The notes beneath the pieces are model-generated. The model was not told the origin of the DNA. It made no database searches and was given only the letters and a program-made list of their open reading frames with translations. A stretch of 64,000 nt of DNA, taken from positions 66,855,174-66,919,173 of the forward strand of contig JASCQW010000032.1 of the NCBI GenBank assembly GCA_030264375.1, in the 5' to 3' direction. The DNA comes from Carcharhinus longimanus (Eukaryota). The position numbers were made by a program, and so were the translations under genes. Positions 48,185-61,302 of the stretch are shown piece after piece (the first letter of the stretch is position 1; every line of letters begins with the position of its first letter).

Positions 48185-49900
48185 TTACCTTGTCAGTCTG
48201 GCAGCTGCAAGAGAAATGTTGTGAACAAAGGAGACCGATAGTTATCCATCATTGATCTCAACAAGGTGTTCAATCACATGAGCAGAGCCTGTCTATTTAA
48301 GCTGCTGGAGAAAACTGAGAGGCTGTTGAAGCTGCTTAATCTTTTCCCCTCTTGCCATGAATTCATGATTGATAAAGTCAGCAATGATGGGGCAACATCG
48401 GAACTCTTTGAAATCCGCAATGGGGTCAAACAAAGTTGCGATCTGGCACTGACACTTTGGCATTTTGTTTGTTGCTGTCCACAGGTTATCCACATCCACC
48501 AGAGCTGAAAGAAAACTGCTCAGCCTTACTTGTCTGAGATCCAAGACAAAGGTAGACCAAGTCCTCATTGGAGAGTTGCTCTACATTGATGAAGCTGCAC
48601 TGGAATTTCATACTGAGGGACACTTACATGAGCAAATGGATGGAGTCTCTCATGTCCGTAATGAATTTGATTTGAATGTCAGCATGAGGAAGACAAATGC
48701 CATTGTCTAGGATGTTCCCAATCCCCCATCTGCCAGCTTTGACAGTATGAGGCAGTAGGTATTGATAATTTCAGATATCTAAATGCCACAATCACCCCCA
48801 ATCTATCACTTGGTACTGAAATCAAAAAAACTGCAGCTGTTTTGTCCAGACTGTGTAAGACGGCGTGGAGCAACAGCTACCTGACTGAGAACACCATACT
48901 GTTTTTTAAATTTATTTGTGTGACATGGGCGTGCTGGCTGGCCAACATTTATTGCCCATCCCTAGTTGCCTGAGAACAGTTGAGAGTCAACCACATTGCT
49001 GTGGCTCTGGAGTCACATGTAGGCCAGACCAGGCAAGGATGGGAGATTTCCTTCACTACATAACATTCGTGAACCAGATGGCTTTTTCTGACAGTTGACA
49101 ATGGTTTCGTGGTCATCAGTAGATTCTTAACTCCAGATTTTTACTGAGTTCAAATTCCACCATCTGCTGTGGTGGGATTCGTACTTGGGTCCCCAGAACA
49201 TTAGCTAAGTTTCTGGATTAATAGCCTAGCAATAATATCACTAGGCCATTACCTCCACTGTGAGTCTATCATGTCTGAATCTTCAGTACATTCTTCTACA
49301 GTGGTGAGACCTGGGCAACATATGTTAGTAGGAGATAAAGGCTGAACAGTTTTCACCTTCGCTGTCTCAGATATATCTTTGGTATCATTTAACAGGATAA
49401 GTTCATCAACACAGAGGTTTTGGAACATGCTAATTCATCAGCATACATTTATTGCTAAGCCAAAGTTGGCTATGTTGGATTAACCATGTTCATTGGATGA
49501 ATGATGCCCCTTACCCAAAGACGTTTATATCGTAAATTGGACACTGGGTTACAACCTCCTGGCCATCCATAACATCCACCATAAGGACATGTGAAAGTGA
49601 GATATGAAGATGGCTGGTATTGACGCTGACACTTTGGAGACAGTCGCTGAAATTCATGATCCCTGGTAGCTGACTGATTGGATGTGGGCTTCGCTGGCTA
49701 GGCCGGCATTCATTGCCTATTCCTAACTGGAAGAGGGGAGCAAAAACAAATTGCTCAGCCGGCTGAAGACAGGGTTCAGGGAAACCAGAGGCCAGTGAAT
49801 TGTGAACCTTCTCACCCCCCTGCCTCTTTCTGAAGAGGAAGAGAGTGTGGAACGATAGGGAGAAAAAAATAGCAAAACAGAAACAGCCAAATGTCGAATC
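48185..49900 (+). mobile_element. RTE-clade LINE fragment (RT to 3' end), interrupted by a type C SINE
   Basis: SVWQLQEKCCEQRRP, IDLNKVF, FEIRNGVKQSCDLALTL, ELLYIDEAAL, FRYL, FFYSGETWATY and RLNSFHLRCLR motifs diagnostic of RTE ORF2. Confidence 0.85.
48905..49257 (-). mobile_element. tRNA-derived SINE type C, full length
   Basis: Reverse-complement match to 39006-39352; ACTG on both flanks. Confidence 0.85.
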
Positions 49901-50764
49901 ACCAGACGCAGTGCCACATGAGATTGGCGAATCCTTAGAATTCGTCATATCACATCAAAATGAGAGTTCCAGGTGCTTTTGATTTTTCAGGTGCTTTTGA
50001 AAAGATCATTTACACCTTATCACAGAAAGTTAATACAAGGCACACTATACCTTGTAAGGAAATTCAGTATTGACAGTATCCATGGAGACGGATGAAAGAT
50101 TGGTCAGGGTACATTATAGATCCACTTCCTTTCAGATAACAAGTAATTCATGCCACATCAACATGGCAGTGAAATTGAGTAACACTATGACTAGAATATT
50201 CTATCATATATCTATTACTCTTAGGAGAAACTGATAGGTAAAAAAAGCTTCTTAATGGGGAATTGTGGAAGCATTTTTAAAATAAAGTGCTGCTTCTTTT
50301 CTACTTTTGGGTTCCCAGATACTTTAAAGCATCTTCCACCTATTAAATATACTCTGTTATCATTGGGTTAGCAGTGCAATTTTGAAATATTTCTCAGTAA
50401 AGTAAACTTCTGATCTAGAAAATGGATTGTGAAATGCTTATGTAACATATTTAGAAGCATCTTGATCTCCAGTGTGACATGCTTGTGCTCATTTCGCAGT
50501 GAAAAGACTCGACTGACAAAAGCTCCTCCATAGTTCCATAGCTCCTCCAATGGTTGTTGCAGGTTCCGGGATTCAAATGCTTCAGTCGGAGTAGAGAAGG
50601 AGGTAGAAGGGGGGGAGGAGTAGCATTATTAGTCAAGGACTGTATCACNNNNNNNNNNNNNNNNNNNNNNNNNAGTTTAGAGTTGTAGGACGAGCGGGGC
50701 CATAAAACCCCACCCATAGTCTATTTGAGGCATCATGTGCAAAATTGGATTGGCACAACTGCCG

Positions 50765-52075
50765 CTTTTTTCACAGAATCTGGGTATCACTGGCAAGGCC
50801 AACATTTATTGTCCATCCTTTATTGCCCTTGAGAAGGTGGTGGAGAGCCAGCTTTCTGAACCGCTGCAGTCCGTGTGATGTCAGTACACCCAAAGTGTTG
50901 GTAGAGAGGAAGATCCAAGTTTTTGACCCAGCGACAATGAGGGAAAAGCAAAACAGCTCCAAATCCAGATGGTGTGTGACACAGAGGGAAACTTTTAGCT
51001 GGTGGTGTTCACATACATCTGCCGCCTTGTCCTTCTCAGTGATACATTACAAGGTGCTATTGAAGGATCCTTGATGAGTTGCTGCAGTGCATCTTATCGA
51101 TATAACAACCTGCTGCCACTATGCATTGGCAGTGGAGAGAATGAATATAGAAGGTAGTGAGTGAATGTCAATCAAGGGGATTGCTTTGTCCTGGGTGGTG
51201 TCAAACTTCTTGCGTGTTGTTGGAGTTGCACTCATCCAGGCAAATGGAAAGTATTCCATTACACCCCTGACTTATGCCTTGTAGATTGTTAAAAGCCTTT
51301 GGGAAGGTGGTGGTGAGATGGTGCATACCTCAGTATAGAGTGCCTGACCTGATTGTTTTTGCTGCAGCATTTATATGGCTGGTTCAGTTCAATTTTTGGT
51401 CAATGGTGACCACCAAGATGTTGATAGTAAGGGATTTGAGAAAGTAAGGCCATCGAACGCCAAGGGGTGATGGTTAGGTTTGAATTTGTTGGAGATGGTC
51501 ATTGCCTGCCTAGTGCAGTGTGATTGTAACTTCCCACTTCTCAGCCTAAGTTTGAATATTGTCCAGCTCTTCCTGCAAATGAACACAGACTGCTTTAGTA
51601 TCAAATGAATTGTGAATGGTATTGAACTTTGTGCAACAATCAATGAACATCCCCATTCAGACTTTAATATGAAAGGAATGTGACTGATGAAGCAGCTGAA
51701 GATGGTTGGGCCTAAGACACTGCCCTAAGCAACTCCTACACTGATGTCATGGAACTAAGATGGCCTCCAANNNNNNNNNNNNNNTTCCTTCATGCTAGGT
51801 ATTACTCGAACCAGTGGAGAGTTGTCCCCTGATTCCCAGTGACTTCAGTTTTGTTTGGGTTCCTTAATGTTACACTTGTTCAAATGCTGCCTTGATGGCA
51901 AGGGCAGTCACTTATCTTTTCAGTCCTACAGTCAGATTATCCATGTCAAAATCAAAGCTGTAATGAGGTCAGGGATTGAGTGGCCCTGGCCAAACCCAAA
52001 TTGAGCTTCAATGAGCAGGTTATTGCTGAACCAATGTCACTTGATAAGCATTGTTGATTAAACCTACCATCCCAA
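50765..52075 (-). mobile_element. CR1/L2-superfamily LINE, 3' portion
   Basis: RT remnants (IKAAFE.V, GVA.GSVLGPTIFSCFI, CTKFNTI) and a 3' tail ggacaataaatgttggccttgccag. Confidence 0.75.
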
Positions 52076-52437
52076 TTGCCCTGGATGGTGTTCANNNNNN
52101 NNNNGAGTTTTTTCAGCTGCATTCATCCAAACAAGTTGAGAGTATTCCACTGTGTGCTGTGCATGGCTCTGGTCAGTTTCCTCAGTTGTTTTCCAGCCAA
52201 AACCCATTCTCCTCAAGGATAAGTTAGAATGTATTTACTGATGTCATTGTGGAACCAGGAGATGCAGAAATGCTGCTCTCAAATCACAACTGGATCCATG
52301 GAATTTGGTTTCACCCACCTCAGAATTGTTTTCTCACCCCACTGCCATAACTCTCCTTTCATCTCAGCAAGAATCTGTACTGATCAACGTTAGTTCTTCA
52401 TGAGTATCTCCTATTGTGCCCATGACTGACATCTCAG

Positions 52438-52728
52438 TGGGCATGGGTGCCATTGGCTGGCCAGCATTTATTGCCCATCGCTAGTTGCCCCGAGGGGAGT
52501 TGAGAGTCAACCACAATGCTGTGGCTCTGGAGTCACATGTAGGCCAGACCGGGTAAGGATGGCAGCTTAAAGGACATTAGTGAACCAGTTGGGTTTTTCT
52601 GACAATTGACAATGGTTTCATGGTCATCAGTAGATTCTGAATTCCAGATTTTTTTTTGACTGAATTCAAATTCCACCATCTGCCATGGTGGGATTCGAAC
52701 CCAAGTCCCATGAACATTAGCCAAGTTA
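52438..52728 (-). mobile_element. tRNA-derived SINE type C
   Basis: Near-identical blocks to 48905-49257 (gagagtcaaccaca.tgctgtggctctggagtcacatgtaggccagacc). Confidence 0.85.
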
Positions 52729-53242
52729 AATAAGTTAGGCCTTTGGACTGGTTTCCCTTGTTCCTACCCCTTTATGCAAGTGTGTTGTGTGCTGCACTTG
52801 GATTGAAGCCCCCATTCAACCATGATTTGATTTTGATGAATTTATTATTAAAGCACATCATCAGAAGTAATGTCCAACAAATTAAAAGTACAGAAATGTG
52901 GTGAGAGGTAGACAAAATCTGAATACCAGCAGGTTGCTGGAAACCTTAATGTTTCAACCCTGAGTATGAAACCCCAAAAGCTAGGGAATTAATCTTCACT
53001 CTGGCTGACACCCATAAAAGAGTTTTTTTAAATGGAGGTGATCTTTTACTTGTCGTGCCATCAGATGTGCAGGAACCAAGCTATTATAACTAATAACAAT
53101 CATGCAAAGTAAATTGAAAATTACAGGCCATTTGAAGAAGGCCAATTAATTTGCCTCTCCATAATTTTCCAAAATACTGGAGATGTCAGTCAAAATTCAA
53201 TCGGAATAGCTATTGTCTAATCTAGAATATATTGATGATAGC

Positions 53243-53467
53243 TGTAATAAGTCCTCAGAGATAGAAGTCCCTTCACCAAAATCTCTTTATTTACAAGTCT
53301 GACAACAGCATACACTATGCTTTCAGTTAGCAGTCTACACTAGGAGACCGAGAGGAACTGACACACCTGATTAAATGCAAAGCAAGAGGCTCCCTGACTG
53401 GCCCATCAATTTGGCCTTTAATCAGGGAGTTCAGGCCAACCTCAATTGCCAGATTAAAGTCATTACA
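53243..53467 (-). mobile_element. Probable solo LTR
   Basis: TGTAAT...ATTACA inverted termini, 225 bp long, AATAAA on the minus strand; no clean TSD seen. Confidence 0.5.
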
Positions 53468-54089
53468 TTAAGCTTGTAGAACAGCTGGGAGTGCTGTTTC
53501 AGTGTCAGAATCAAGNNNNNNNNNNNNNNNNNNNNNNNNNNNNNNNNNNNNNNNNNNNNNNNNNNNNNNNNNNNNNNNNNNNNNNNNNNNNNNNNNNNNN
53601 NNNNNNNNNNNNNNNCAGGTCCTAATCAGATGATACGTCATAAAACGAGGACAACTGGAGAAACTGAACTGATCTTGCAGTAAAAAAAAACTTCTGTGCT
53701 GCGACAATTCGAATATAAACTTGAACAGAAAACACAAACATTATCGTAAGAATTGGAATAAAATCACAGATAAACCCTGTATCGTATATAGGCACAACGT
53801 GAAGGCTATAATACCTGTTGAACATGATGAGCATTTTCCTCAGTTTAGCTCACTTAGTTAAACTTTAAATTATCTTTCGAAATTTATTGCATCTGCACTG
53901 ATTAGGAGGTAACTTACCTTTGTCAAGACATTTTGATGTGTGACTTTTTACACTGCATTTCTCAGCCAATTATAGTTCGGGCCAATCGTTGATGTGCCAA
54001 AAGAATCCTAGCAAGGAATGACCACACATACCCTATGATTTCGAATGGTTTCTCTTGTCTTTGCCCTCTGTGTAATATAGCTTCGCCAA

Positions 54090-54500
54090 TTTCACAGAAT
54101 GGCAAAATTATTACAATTCAGCACGATCCCATTTCAGCAATTGTGATTGCACTGTTTCTCTGAATGTACTTCTCACCGAGAGTGTTCCACTATCCTATCC
54201 TCCTAACATTCCATATTCATCCATCCAGATAACTGTACAGTTAGTTTCTGAATTGTTCAATAGGATTTCTCTTCACCACAATGTCAGGCAGTTTATCACA
54301 AACACCAGCCATTTGCAGTGTAAAAAGCATTTCCTTAAATCAATTTTGCAGATTTTACGAATACTGTTCCCTTTACTGTGCGATGTTTTTGCTAGTGGAA
54401 ACAACTTCTCCACATCCAGTAAGTCCAGAACCCTTATTACATTGAAATTTAGTCCCAAACATTTATATACCTTTACTTCAATTCCAGAACCTTCACCTTG
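54090..54500 (-). mobile_element. CR1 3' fragment
   Basis: DVEKLFPLAKTSHSKGNSIRKI...LRKCFLHC..V.NC in ORF 54273-54509. Confidence 0.6.
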
Positions 54501-55754
54501 AAGTGTCATGCACTGTGTGGACTCTAATCAAGTTTTTTTTGTGAACTCCATAACAAATAACTCCTATAGATATTAAAACCACATTATTGCGGATGCTGGA
54601 CCTGGAAAATCACAGCAGGTCTGGCAGCATCTGGATGACGAGAAATAGCTGACGTTTCGAGTCCAATGACCCTTTGTCAAGGCTATTTCTTTATCAAAGC
54701 AAAGTCTTTACCGATAAATATCTCCGTCTCCAGCACTTTATACACTGCTTCATTAAGTCAAATGAGGTTCGTCCAGGATGACTCACCCTTTAGAAAAACA
54801 TGTTCTGAGTTATTTCACCCCTTCTGCCCCTTGCTCTTGGCAACTCCACCAGAATAAACTGTTTCTTCCCCACAGATCTTTGGAACCCTTTACTAATTTT
54901 CATCAAAGCCCTTTACTAGTCCTTTAATCTTATCTATGGAATGTACAACAAATGCGATTTAAGTAACCGTTCCTGAGAATTTACTATCGAAGTCTTGGTA
55001 TCGTTATGGCGAATCTACATTCCACCATTTTTGAAACGCCAAGTCTATCCTTCATACGGTGACGTGGCAGGAAAAGAATATATTGCTCCGAGTCAGCCCA
55101 ACCAGAGTTGTATAGAATGTCGGATATCTTACATCCTTTTGTGCACAGTATCCTTGAGATACATTCAGTAGACAACAAAGAATTTATTTTGATGCCTTAC
55201 CTGGGACCGCGATGACAGCAAGTGTAGTGTAGTAAATGGCGTATGGTAGTCCAGTAGGTGGAGCGTGCATTTTCTGTGAGACGCAGTAATGTCTAACTGA
55301 GAATCACTTGGGCCTGCTCGACTTTCAAATAATACTCTCTTATACCTGGTTTTATCCCCCTTAGGCGCAATTAGCTCACAATACCAATAATGTTACTTAC
55401 ACTCACTGAACAAACATCATTAATTAAACAATGAAACATGGTGGATTGTATTCCTTGAGGAAGCACTTTGATATGTTTTTTTTTGCTTCGGCGTTGATGC
55501 ATGTAATTTAACAGAAGTGACATGCTGATTTTCACACTTAAATGCACCTTCAATCCGACAATGAAGTTGTTAATTGCTAACTGATATTCTAATTAGGCCA
55601 GCATCAATTTCATCTATATGAAAGGCCTGGAATTGAATAACGGTATGAAAATAAAGATGGCCTATCGACAAGAAACTTGTACAATTGACCATGAAAATCA
55701 AAGAAACGTCAAAACTGGGCGATTCTTCTATAATTATGATCGCAGGCTCCAGAA

Positions 55755-56129
55755 CGTAGAGTCATAGAAGCATGCAGTACAGAAGAGTCCCTTTGGCACA
55801 TCAATTTCGCACCAACAAAAATGTGTTAAATCTAAATTAATCCCACTTGGCCCATCTTCTTTAATGTTATGAAATGTCATGTGCTCATCAATGTACTTTT
55901 CAAAGTTTGCATATATTCGTGCCTCTCCAATTCTCCCAGGCAGTGCATTCCGGACTTTCAACTCTCTCTGTGAAAAAAAAATGTTTCCTTGCATACCCTC
56001 TAAGCCTCCTGCATCTCACCTGCAAATTATGTCCCTTTTCTATTGACCCTTCAACAATGGGGAGCAGCAATTTCCTCCCTATCTTGTCCATAAACTTCTT
56101 GGCTTTATCCAATCCAATTAGATTCCCTT
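55755..56129 (-). mobile_element. CR1 3' fragment
   Basis: KLLLPIVEGSIEKGHNLQVRCRRLRG..RKHFF / FFSQRELKVRNALP. Confidence 0.75.
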
Positions 56130-56489
56130 ACCTCAATTGCCAGATTAAAGTCATTACATTAAGCTTGTAGAACAGCTGGGAGTGCTGTTTCAGTGTCAGA
56201 ATCAAGAGATCTGTGGACAATGCAGAGGGAGCTTTACTCTTTATCCATATGCTACACCTGAGCTAGTCACATTTGACATTGATGTTGAATCACTAAATTA
56301 TGAAAATATTCCAGCATCCTTTGTTAATTTGTCTTATTTTAACATGAGAACATAACTTTTTTAAAAAGAGCAGATATCTCCAAAGAAAGCTTAAGAGGCA
56401 TGCCAATCATAATGTTTCTAGACTGGTATCACAGACTGGGGAGAGATAGATTGATTGAATTACTCAACCAGGTTTTGTTGACGCTAAAC

Positions 56490-56975
56490 CAGGCTGATAC
56501 CAGAGATGAGGGGATTAGTTTATGAGGAGAGATTGAATAGACTGGGTCTGTACTCGTTAGAGTTTAGAAGGTTGAGGGGGGATCTTATAGAGACTTACAA
56601 GATAATGAAGGGGCTGGATAGGGTAGAGGTAGAGAGATTCTTTCAGCTTAGAAAGGAAAACAGAACTAGAGGGCACTGCCTCAAAATAAGGTGGCAGGGG
56701 CGCAGTTTAGAACGGAGTTGAGGAGGAACTTCTTCACTCAAAGAGTGGTGAATCTCTGGAATTCTCTGCCCATTGAAGTNNNNNNNNNNNNNNNNNNNNN
56801 NNNNNNNNNNNNNNNNNNNNNNNNNNNNNNNNNNNNNNNNNNNNNNNNNNNNNNNNNNNNNNNNNNNNNNNNNNNNNNNNNNNNNNNNNNNNNNNNNNNN
56901 GATCTTATTGAATGGCGGGGCAGGCTCAAGGGGCTAGATGGCCTACTCCTGCTCCTATTTCTTATGTTCTTATGT
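56490..56975 (+). mobile_element. Relatively young CR1 3' end
   Basis: MRGLVYEERLNRLGLYSLEFRRLRGDLIETYKIMKGLDRV...RNFFTQRVVNLWNSLP; tail (TTCTTATG)n. Confidence 0.9.
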
Positions 56976-57029
56976 TTATATTCTTAAGTTAGACTTCAGG
57001 ACAATATTAGCACTAAGTTTTTGAGAGTA

Positions 57030-57570
57030 TTACTCGTTATTGTGCTTGTTTCAATGCTGGTGTAATGCCAAGTACATTGGCTGTACATGGCAGATCATAT
57101 CAAACAGCACAGTCCCTTTAGCTGTTTGCAAAAGGCAGAACACTGATCATACTCAACTAATCTGTGCTTGCAAAATTACATGTGATTCTGCAATTGGGCA
57201 GCATTTGCTGAATAATCCCAAGTGAGCTAAGAATTACACAACTTAACTAAATTAACTAATTTAAAATGATCAGTCCCATTCACAATGTTGGTTTGCTAGA
57301 AGCTACGTGCATTCATATGCAGGCAAAAAGAACATGTACAGACATTGCACATTTGCTGAATAAACATAGGCATGGAGGACAACAGCTCCTTGGTACATTC
57401 ACCATGGCAATAGTCTTGATCAATCAGAATTGACTTGCCAATGGATCAGCACCCCTTTTTCTCATACAGTATAAATTATTTTTGAAATTTGACACTGGAG
57501 TCCTGATGAGTACAGATTGAAAAGCTTCAACACCATGTCTCCTTTTTCAACAATACTTAAGTTCTGTATT
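57030..57570 (+). mobile_element. Penelope-like element 3' fragment: GIY-YIG endonuclease remnant and terminal repeat with hammerhead motif
   Basis: FQCWCNAKYIGCT...CDSAIGQHLLNNP...FKMIS...LLEATCI, followed by CTGATGAG...GAAAAGCTTC. Confidence 0.75.
57491..57539 (+). ncRNA. Degenerate minimal type I hammerhead ribozyme
   Basis: Core CUGAUGA (57503-57509), GAAA (57519-57522), palindromic AGCU stem III, UC cleavage site and imperfect stem I. Confidence 0.55.
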
Positions 57571-57711
57571 CCCTTATAAACGTAAACTGACACAAAATGA
57601 TAGTCTAAGTTCTACTGATTTATGATATTGTGATTTAAAAAAGAAAAAATACAAAAAATCTAGTGTGATAGCTTTTTATTAATTGCTTATTATTTAATAT
57701 TATCAATTATG

Positions 57712-58022
57712 TTTTAGAGGTCATAGTCTTAGGATAAGGATTTTAGAAGTCATAGTCTTAGGATAGTCTTAGGACAGGTAGCAAATTTAAAACAGAGCTG
57801 AAGAGGAACTACTTTTTCCAAAAGGTTGTGAATCTCTGGAATTCGCTACCCCAAAGTATGATGGATACTGCGACTGTGAGTAAATTTAAGGAGGAGTTAG
57901 ACAGATTTTTAATTGGTAATGGGTTGAAGGGTTATGGGGAGAAGGCAAAAAAATGGGGATGAGGAGCATGATCGAATAATGGAGCAGGCTAGATGCGTTA
58001 ATTCTGATTCTATATCTTATGC
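57712..58022 (+). mobile_element. 5'-truncated CR1 3' end
   Basis: GHSLR...KFKTELKRNYFFQKVVNLWNSLP, then the tail. Confidence 0.8.
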
Positions 58023-58094
58023 TTTTCACATGCAAGAACATGGAAAGAGACAAAAAAACCCATCTTGCCTCAGAAAATATCATTTTCAAATGTA

Positions 58095-58960
58095 TACAAG
58101 AACAAAGAACAAAGGCAGTATAGCGTAGGAACAGGCTCTTTGGGCCTCCAAATCTATGCCAATTATGTTTACCTATCTAAACCAACTGCTTATATCCCTC
58201 TATTTCCTGTTTGTTCATATGCCTATCACGGTGTCTTAAATGTGGCTAATGTAACTGCCTCATCCATCTCGCTTGGCAATGCATTCCAGGTCCCCACCAC
58301 CCTCTGTGTAAGAAACATCCCCAAACATCTCCACTGAACCTTATTCCCCTCATCTTGAAATGATGCCCCCTTGTAACTGTCATTTCTGCCCTGGGAAAAA
58401 GCTTCCAACTGTTCACCCTATCTACACCTCTCATAATTTTATAAACGTCTATCAGGTTGTCCCTCAGCCTCTGTCTTACCAGGGAGAACAATCCCAGTTT
58501 ATTCAATCACTCCTTATAGCTAATACTCTTCATATCAGGCAACATCCTGGTAAATCTTTTCTGCACTCCCTCCAAAGCCTCCACATACTTCTGGTAGTTT
58601 TCCAAATATGGCCCCACCAACATTTTATTCAATGATAACATAATTTGCCAATATTTATTCTTGATACCCTGTGCTTTCTTCACCACCTTTTCCACCTGTG
58701 CTGCCACTCTTACTGATCTGTGGACCTGTGCTTCCAGATCTCACTGTGTGTCTATGCGCCTGATGGTTCTGCCATTTATTTTATAACTTCTACCTGAATT
58801 GGATCTACCAAAATGCATCACCTTGCATTTGTCTGAGTTAAATTCCATCTATCACTTGTCCGGGTATTTTACTAGTCTATCTATATCCTGCTGTATCATC
58901 TGACAATCTTCATCATGATCCGCAACTCTGCCAATCTTAGTGTCATCCACAGACTTGTTA
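58095..58960 (-). mobile_element. CR1 LINE fragment
   Basis: EALEGVQKRFTRMLP, KLGLFSL.RQRLRDNLIDVYKIMRGVDRV and TQRVVGTWNALP; VDDTKIG near 58940. Confidence 0.9.
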
Positions 58961-59833
58961 ATAGTTTATAACTATAGTTTAATTCTATGGGTTCCTGGAG
59001 TAGTAGCAATTCCAACAAGGTTCTTCCAAAACTTAATCACATGTACCTTGAAACTATTAATAAAACTGTTAAAAAAAATTCTTACTGTGACACAATACCT
59101 TGGAGAACTGATACGTGATTCAACACTTTGACTGTGTGTTGCTCTATCACCAACGCGCTTGTGAGAAGTTGGCCAGAGCAGGCCGATCATATCCCCAGAG
59201 GAAATTACAGCAAAAGCCACTATCAGCCTTGCCTTACAACCAGCTTTATCATAATATCCCAGGGAGACTTCCTGCCCAGTCTCCTGATCTGCAGTGAATG
59301 GGTTTCCTTGGACACAAAAATTGAGATACTTCATCCAATTCGAGTGGGTATAAAGGAAAGCCAGCATAGCCGAACCACAATTTCAATTTAACCACTTCTG
59401 ACTGCATTTTATATTAATAGTGCCTTCATATTGTGGCATGATCGGTATTTGTATCATAATGAGAAGGTATGAGATGCAGAATTTAACTTTTTTTAATTAT
59501 CTTTTGCCTTAACATCCCCTTTTGTTTATGATTTTGCAGCCAGTCTGCAAGTAAGATCCTGGATTGCAGATTCCATACCCAGAATTGTCCTTTACAGTTT
59601 AAAACCAACTGTCTAGTGCCCTCAAGTGGATGAAAAATGCAGAAGACAATGGATAAATTGTTCTTGGTAGTTTGGATCACTTACGGATATAATTGAGCTT
59701 CTTACTCTTTTTCATGGCAGTGCAGTTATCGACATCTACAATTTTCTCAGAAAAGAACTAAATGCCCAATGGGTGGGAAAACAGGAGCTTTTCTGACCCA
59801 TTTTTTGGGTGAGCTTAGTTTAAAGAATTTTTG

Positions 59834-60308
59834 NNNNNNNNNNNNNNNNNNNNNNNNNNNNNNNNNNNNNNNNNNNNNNNNNNNNNNNNNNNNNNNNNNN
59901 NNNNNNNNNNNNNNNNNNNNNNNNNNNNNNNNNNNNNNNNNNNNNNNNNNNNNNNNNNNNNNNNNNNNNNNNNNNNNNNNNNNNNNNNNNNNNNNNNNNN
60001 NNNNNNNNNNNNNNNNNNNNNNNNNNNNNNNNNNNNNNNNNNNNNNNNNNNNNNNNNNNNNNNNNNNNNNNNNNNNNNNNNNNNNNNNNNNNNNNNNNNN
60101 NNNNNNNNNNNNNNNNNNNNNNNNNNNNNNNNNNNNNNNNNNNNNNNNNNNNNNNNNNNNNNNNNNNNNNNNNNNNNNNNNNNNNNNNNNNNNNNNNNNN
60201 NNNNNNNNNNNNNNNNNNNNNNNNNNNNNNNNNNNNNNNNNNNNNNNNNNNNNNNNNNNNNNNNNNNNNNNNNNNNNNNNNNNNNNNNNNNNNNNNNNNN
60301 NNNNNNNN
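59834..60308. other. Largest assembly gap (others include 1044-1128, 4775-4874, 6442-6541, 29778-29877, 41465-41564, 53516-53615 and 56780-56900)
   Basis: Runs of N; several are exactly 100 bp, which typically marks gaps of unknown size. Confidence 0.99.
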
Positions 60309-60369
60309 AACATCTGCCCCATACCTGATCCACTTTGAAACAGGCTACCCACATTCCCTCAATTAATAC

Positions 60370-60920
60370 TTTGATTTGATTTATTATTGTCACATGTATT
60401 TACATGCAGTTAAAAGTATTGTTTCTTGTGCGCTATACAGACAAAACATACTGTTTATAGAGGAGGAAACGAGAGAGTGCAAAATGTAGTGTTACAGTCA
60501 TAGCTAGTGTGTAGAGAAAGATCAACTTAATGCAAGGTAAGTCCATTCAAAACTCTGACAGCAGCAGGGAAGAAACTGTTCTTGAGTCGGATGGTACGTG
60601 ACCTCAGACTTTTGTATCTTTTCCCTGAAGGAAGAAGGTGGAAGAGAGAATGTCCAGGGTGCATTGGGTCCTTAAATATGCTAGCTGCTTTGCCAAGACA
60701 GCAGGAACTGTAGACAGAATCAATGGATGAGAGGCTGATTTGTGTAATGGANNNNNNNNNNGGATTGGGTACATTCATGACCTTCTGTATTTCCTTTGAT
60801 CTTGAGCGGAGCAGGAGCCATACCAAGCTGTGATACAACTTGGTCATTTCAATGGTCATCTGTAAAAGTTGGTGAGAGTTGTAGCTGACATGCCAAATTT
60901 CCTTAGTCTTCCGAGAAAGT
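60370..60920 (-). mobile_element. Rex1/Babar-clade LINE 3' portion
   Basis: CLGKAASIFKDPMHPGHSLFHLLPSGKRYKSLRSRTIRLKNSFFPAAVRVLN; (ATCAA)n tail. Confidence 0.85.
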
Positions 60921-61302
60921 AAGGCAAGGAAGAATCAAAGTTAGATATTGTACGAGGGAAAATATGATTGAATGAAAACGACATAGAAGTGAGCATTTTT
61001 CCTTGAATGAGCATTATTTCTTGAAGGCAATAGTGATTTTACACAATCAGAATAGTTTTTAAACAGGCACAATTTATTAATTTTAATTTAAAGACAACAT
61101 TACTTACTAGTGATCACTTTCTAATGTTTGAGAATTAAAAAAACAAATTATCTGCAACTAGTTTAATCATGGAGCATTTTAAAAATTGCAACAGTGCTGA
61201 GAATTATTTGCATTAAAAAATGTGATATATCATAGAGCTTTTGAAAACCTACCATCATCTCTACACTCATTCATGGTTGAATGCATTTCTTAGAATGACT
61301 CT

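Noticed and set aside
59747-60393. Long ORFs of 165-201 aa
   Set aside because: Artefacts of translating through an N-gap.
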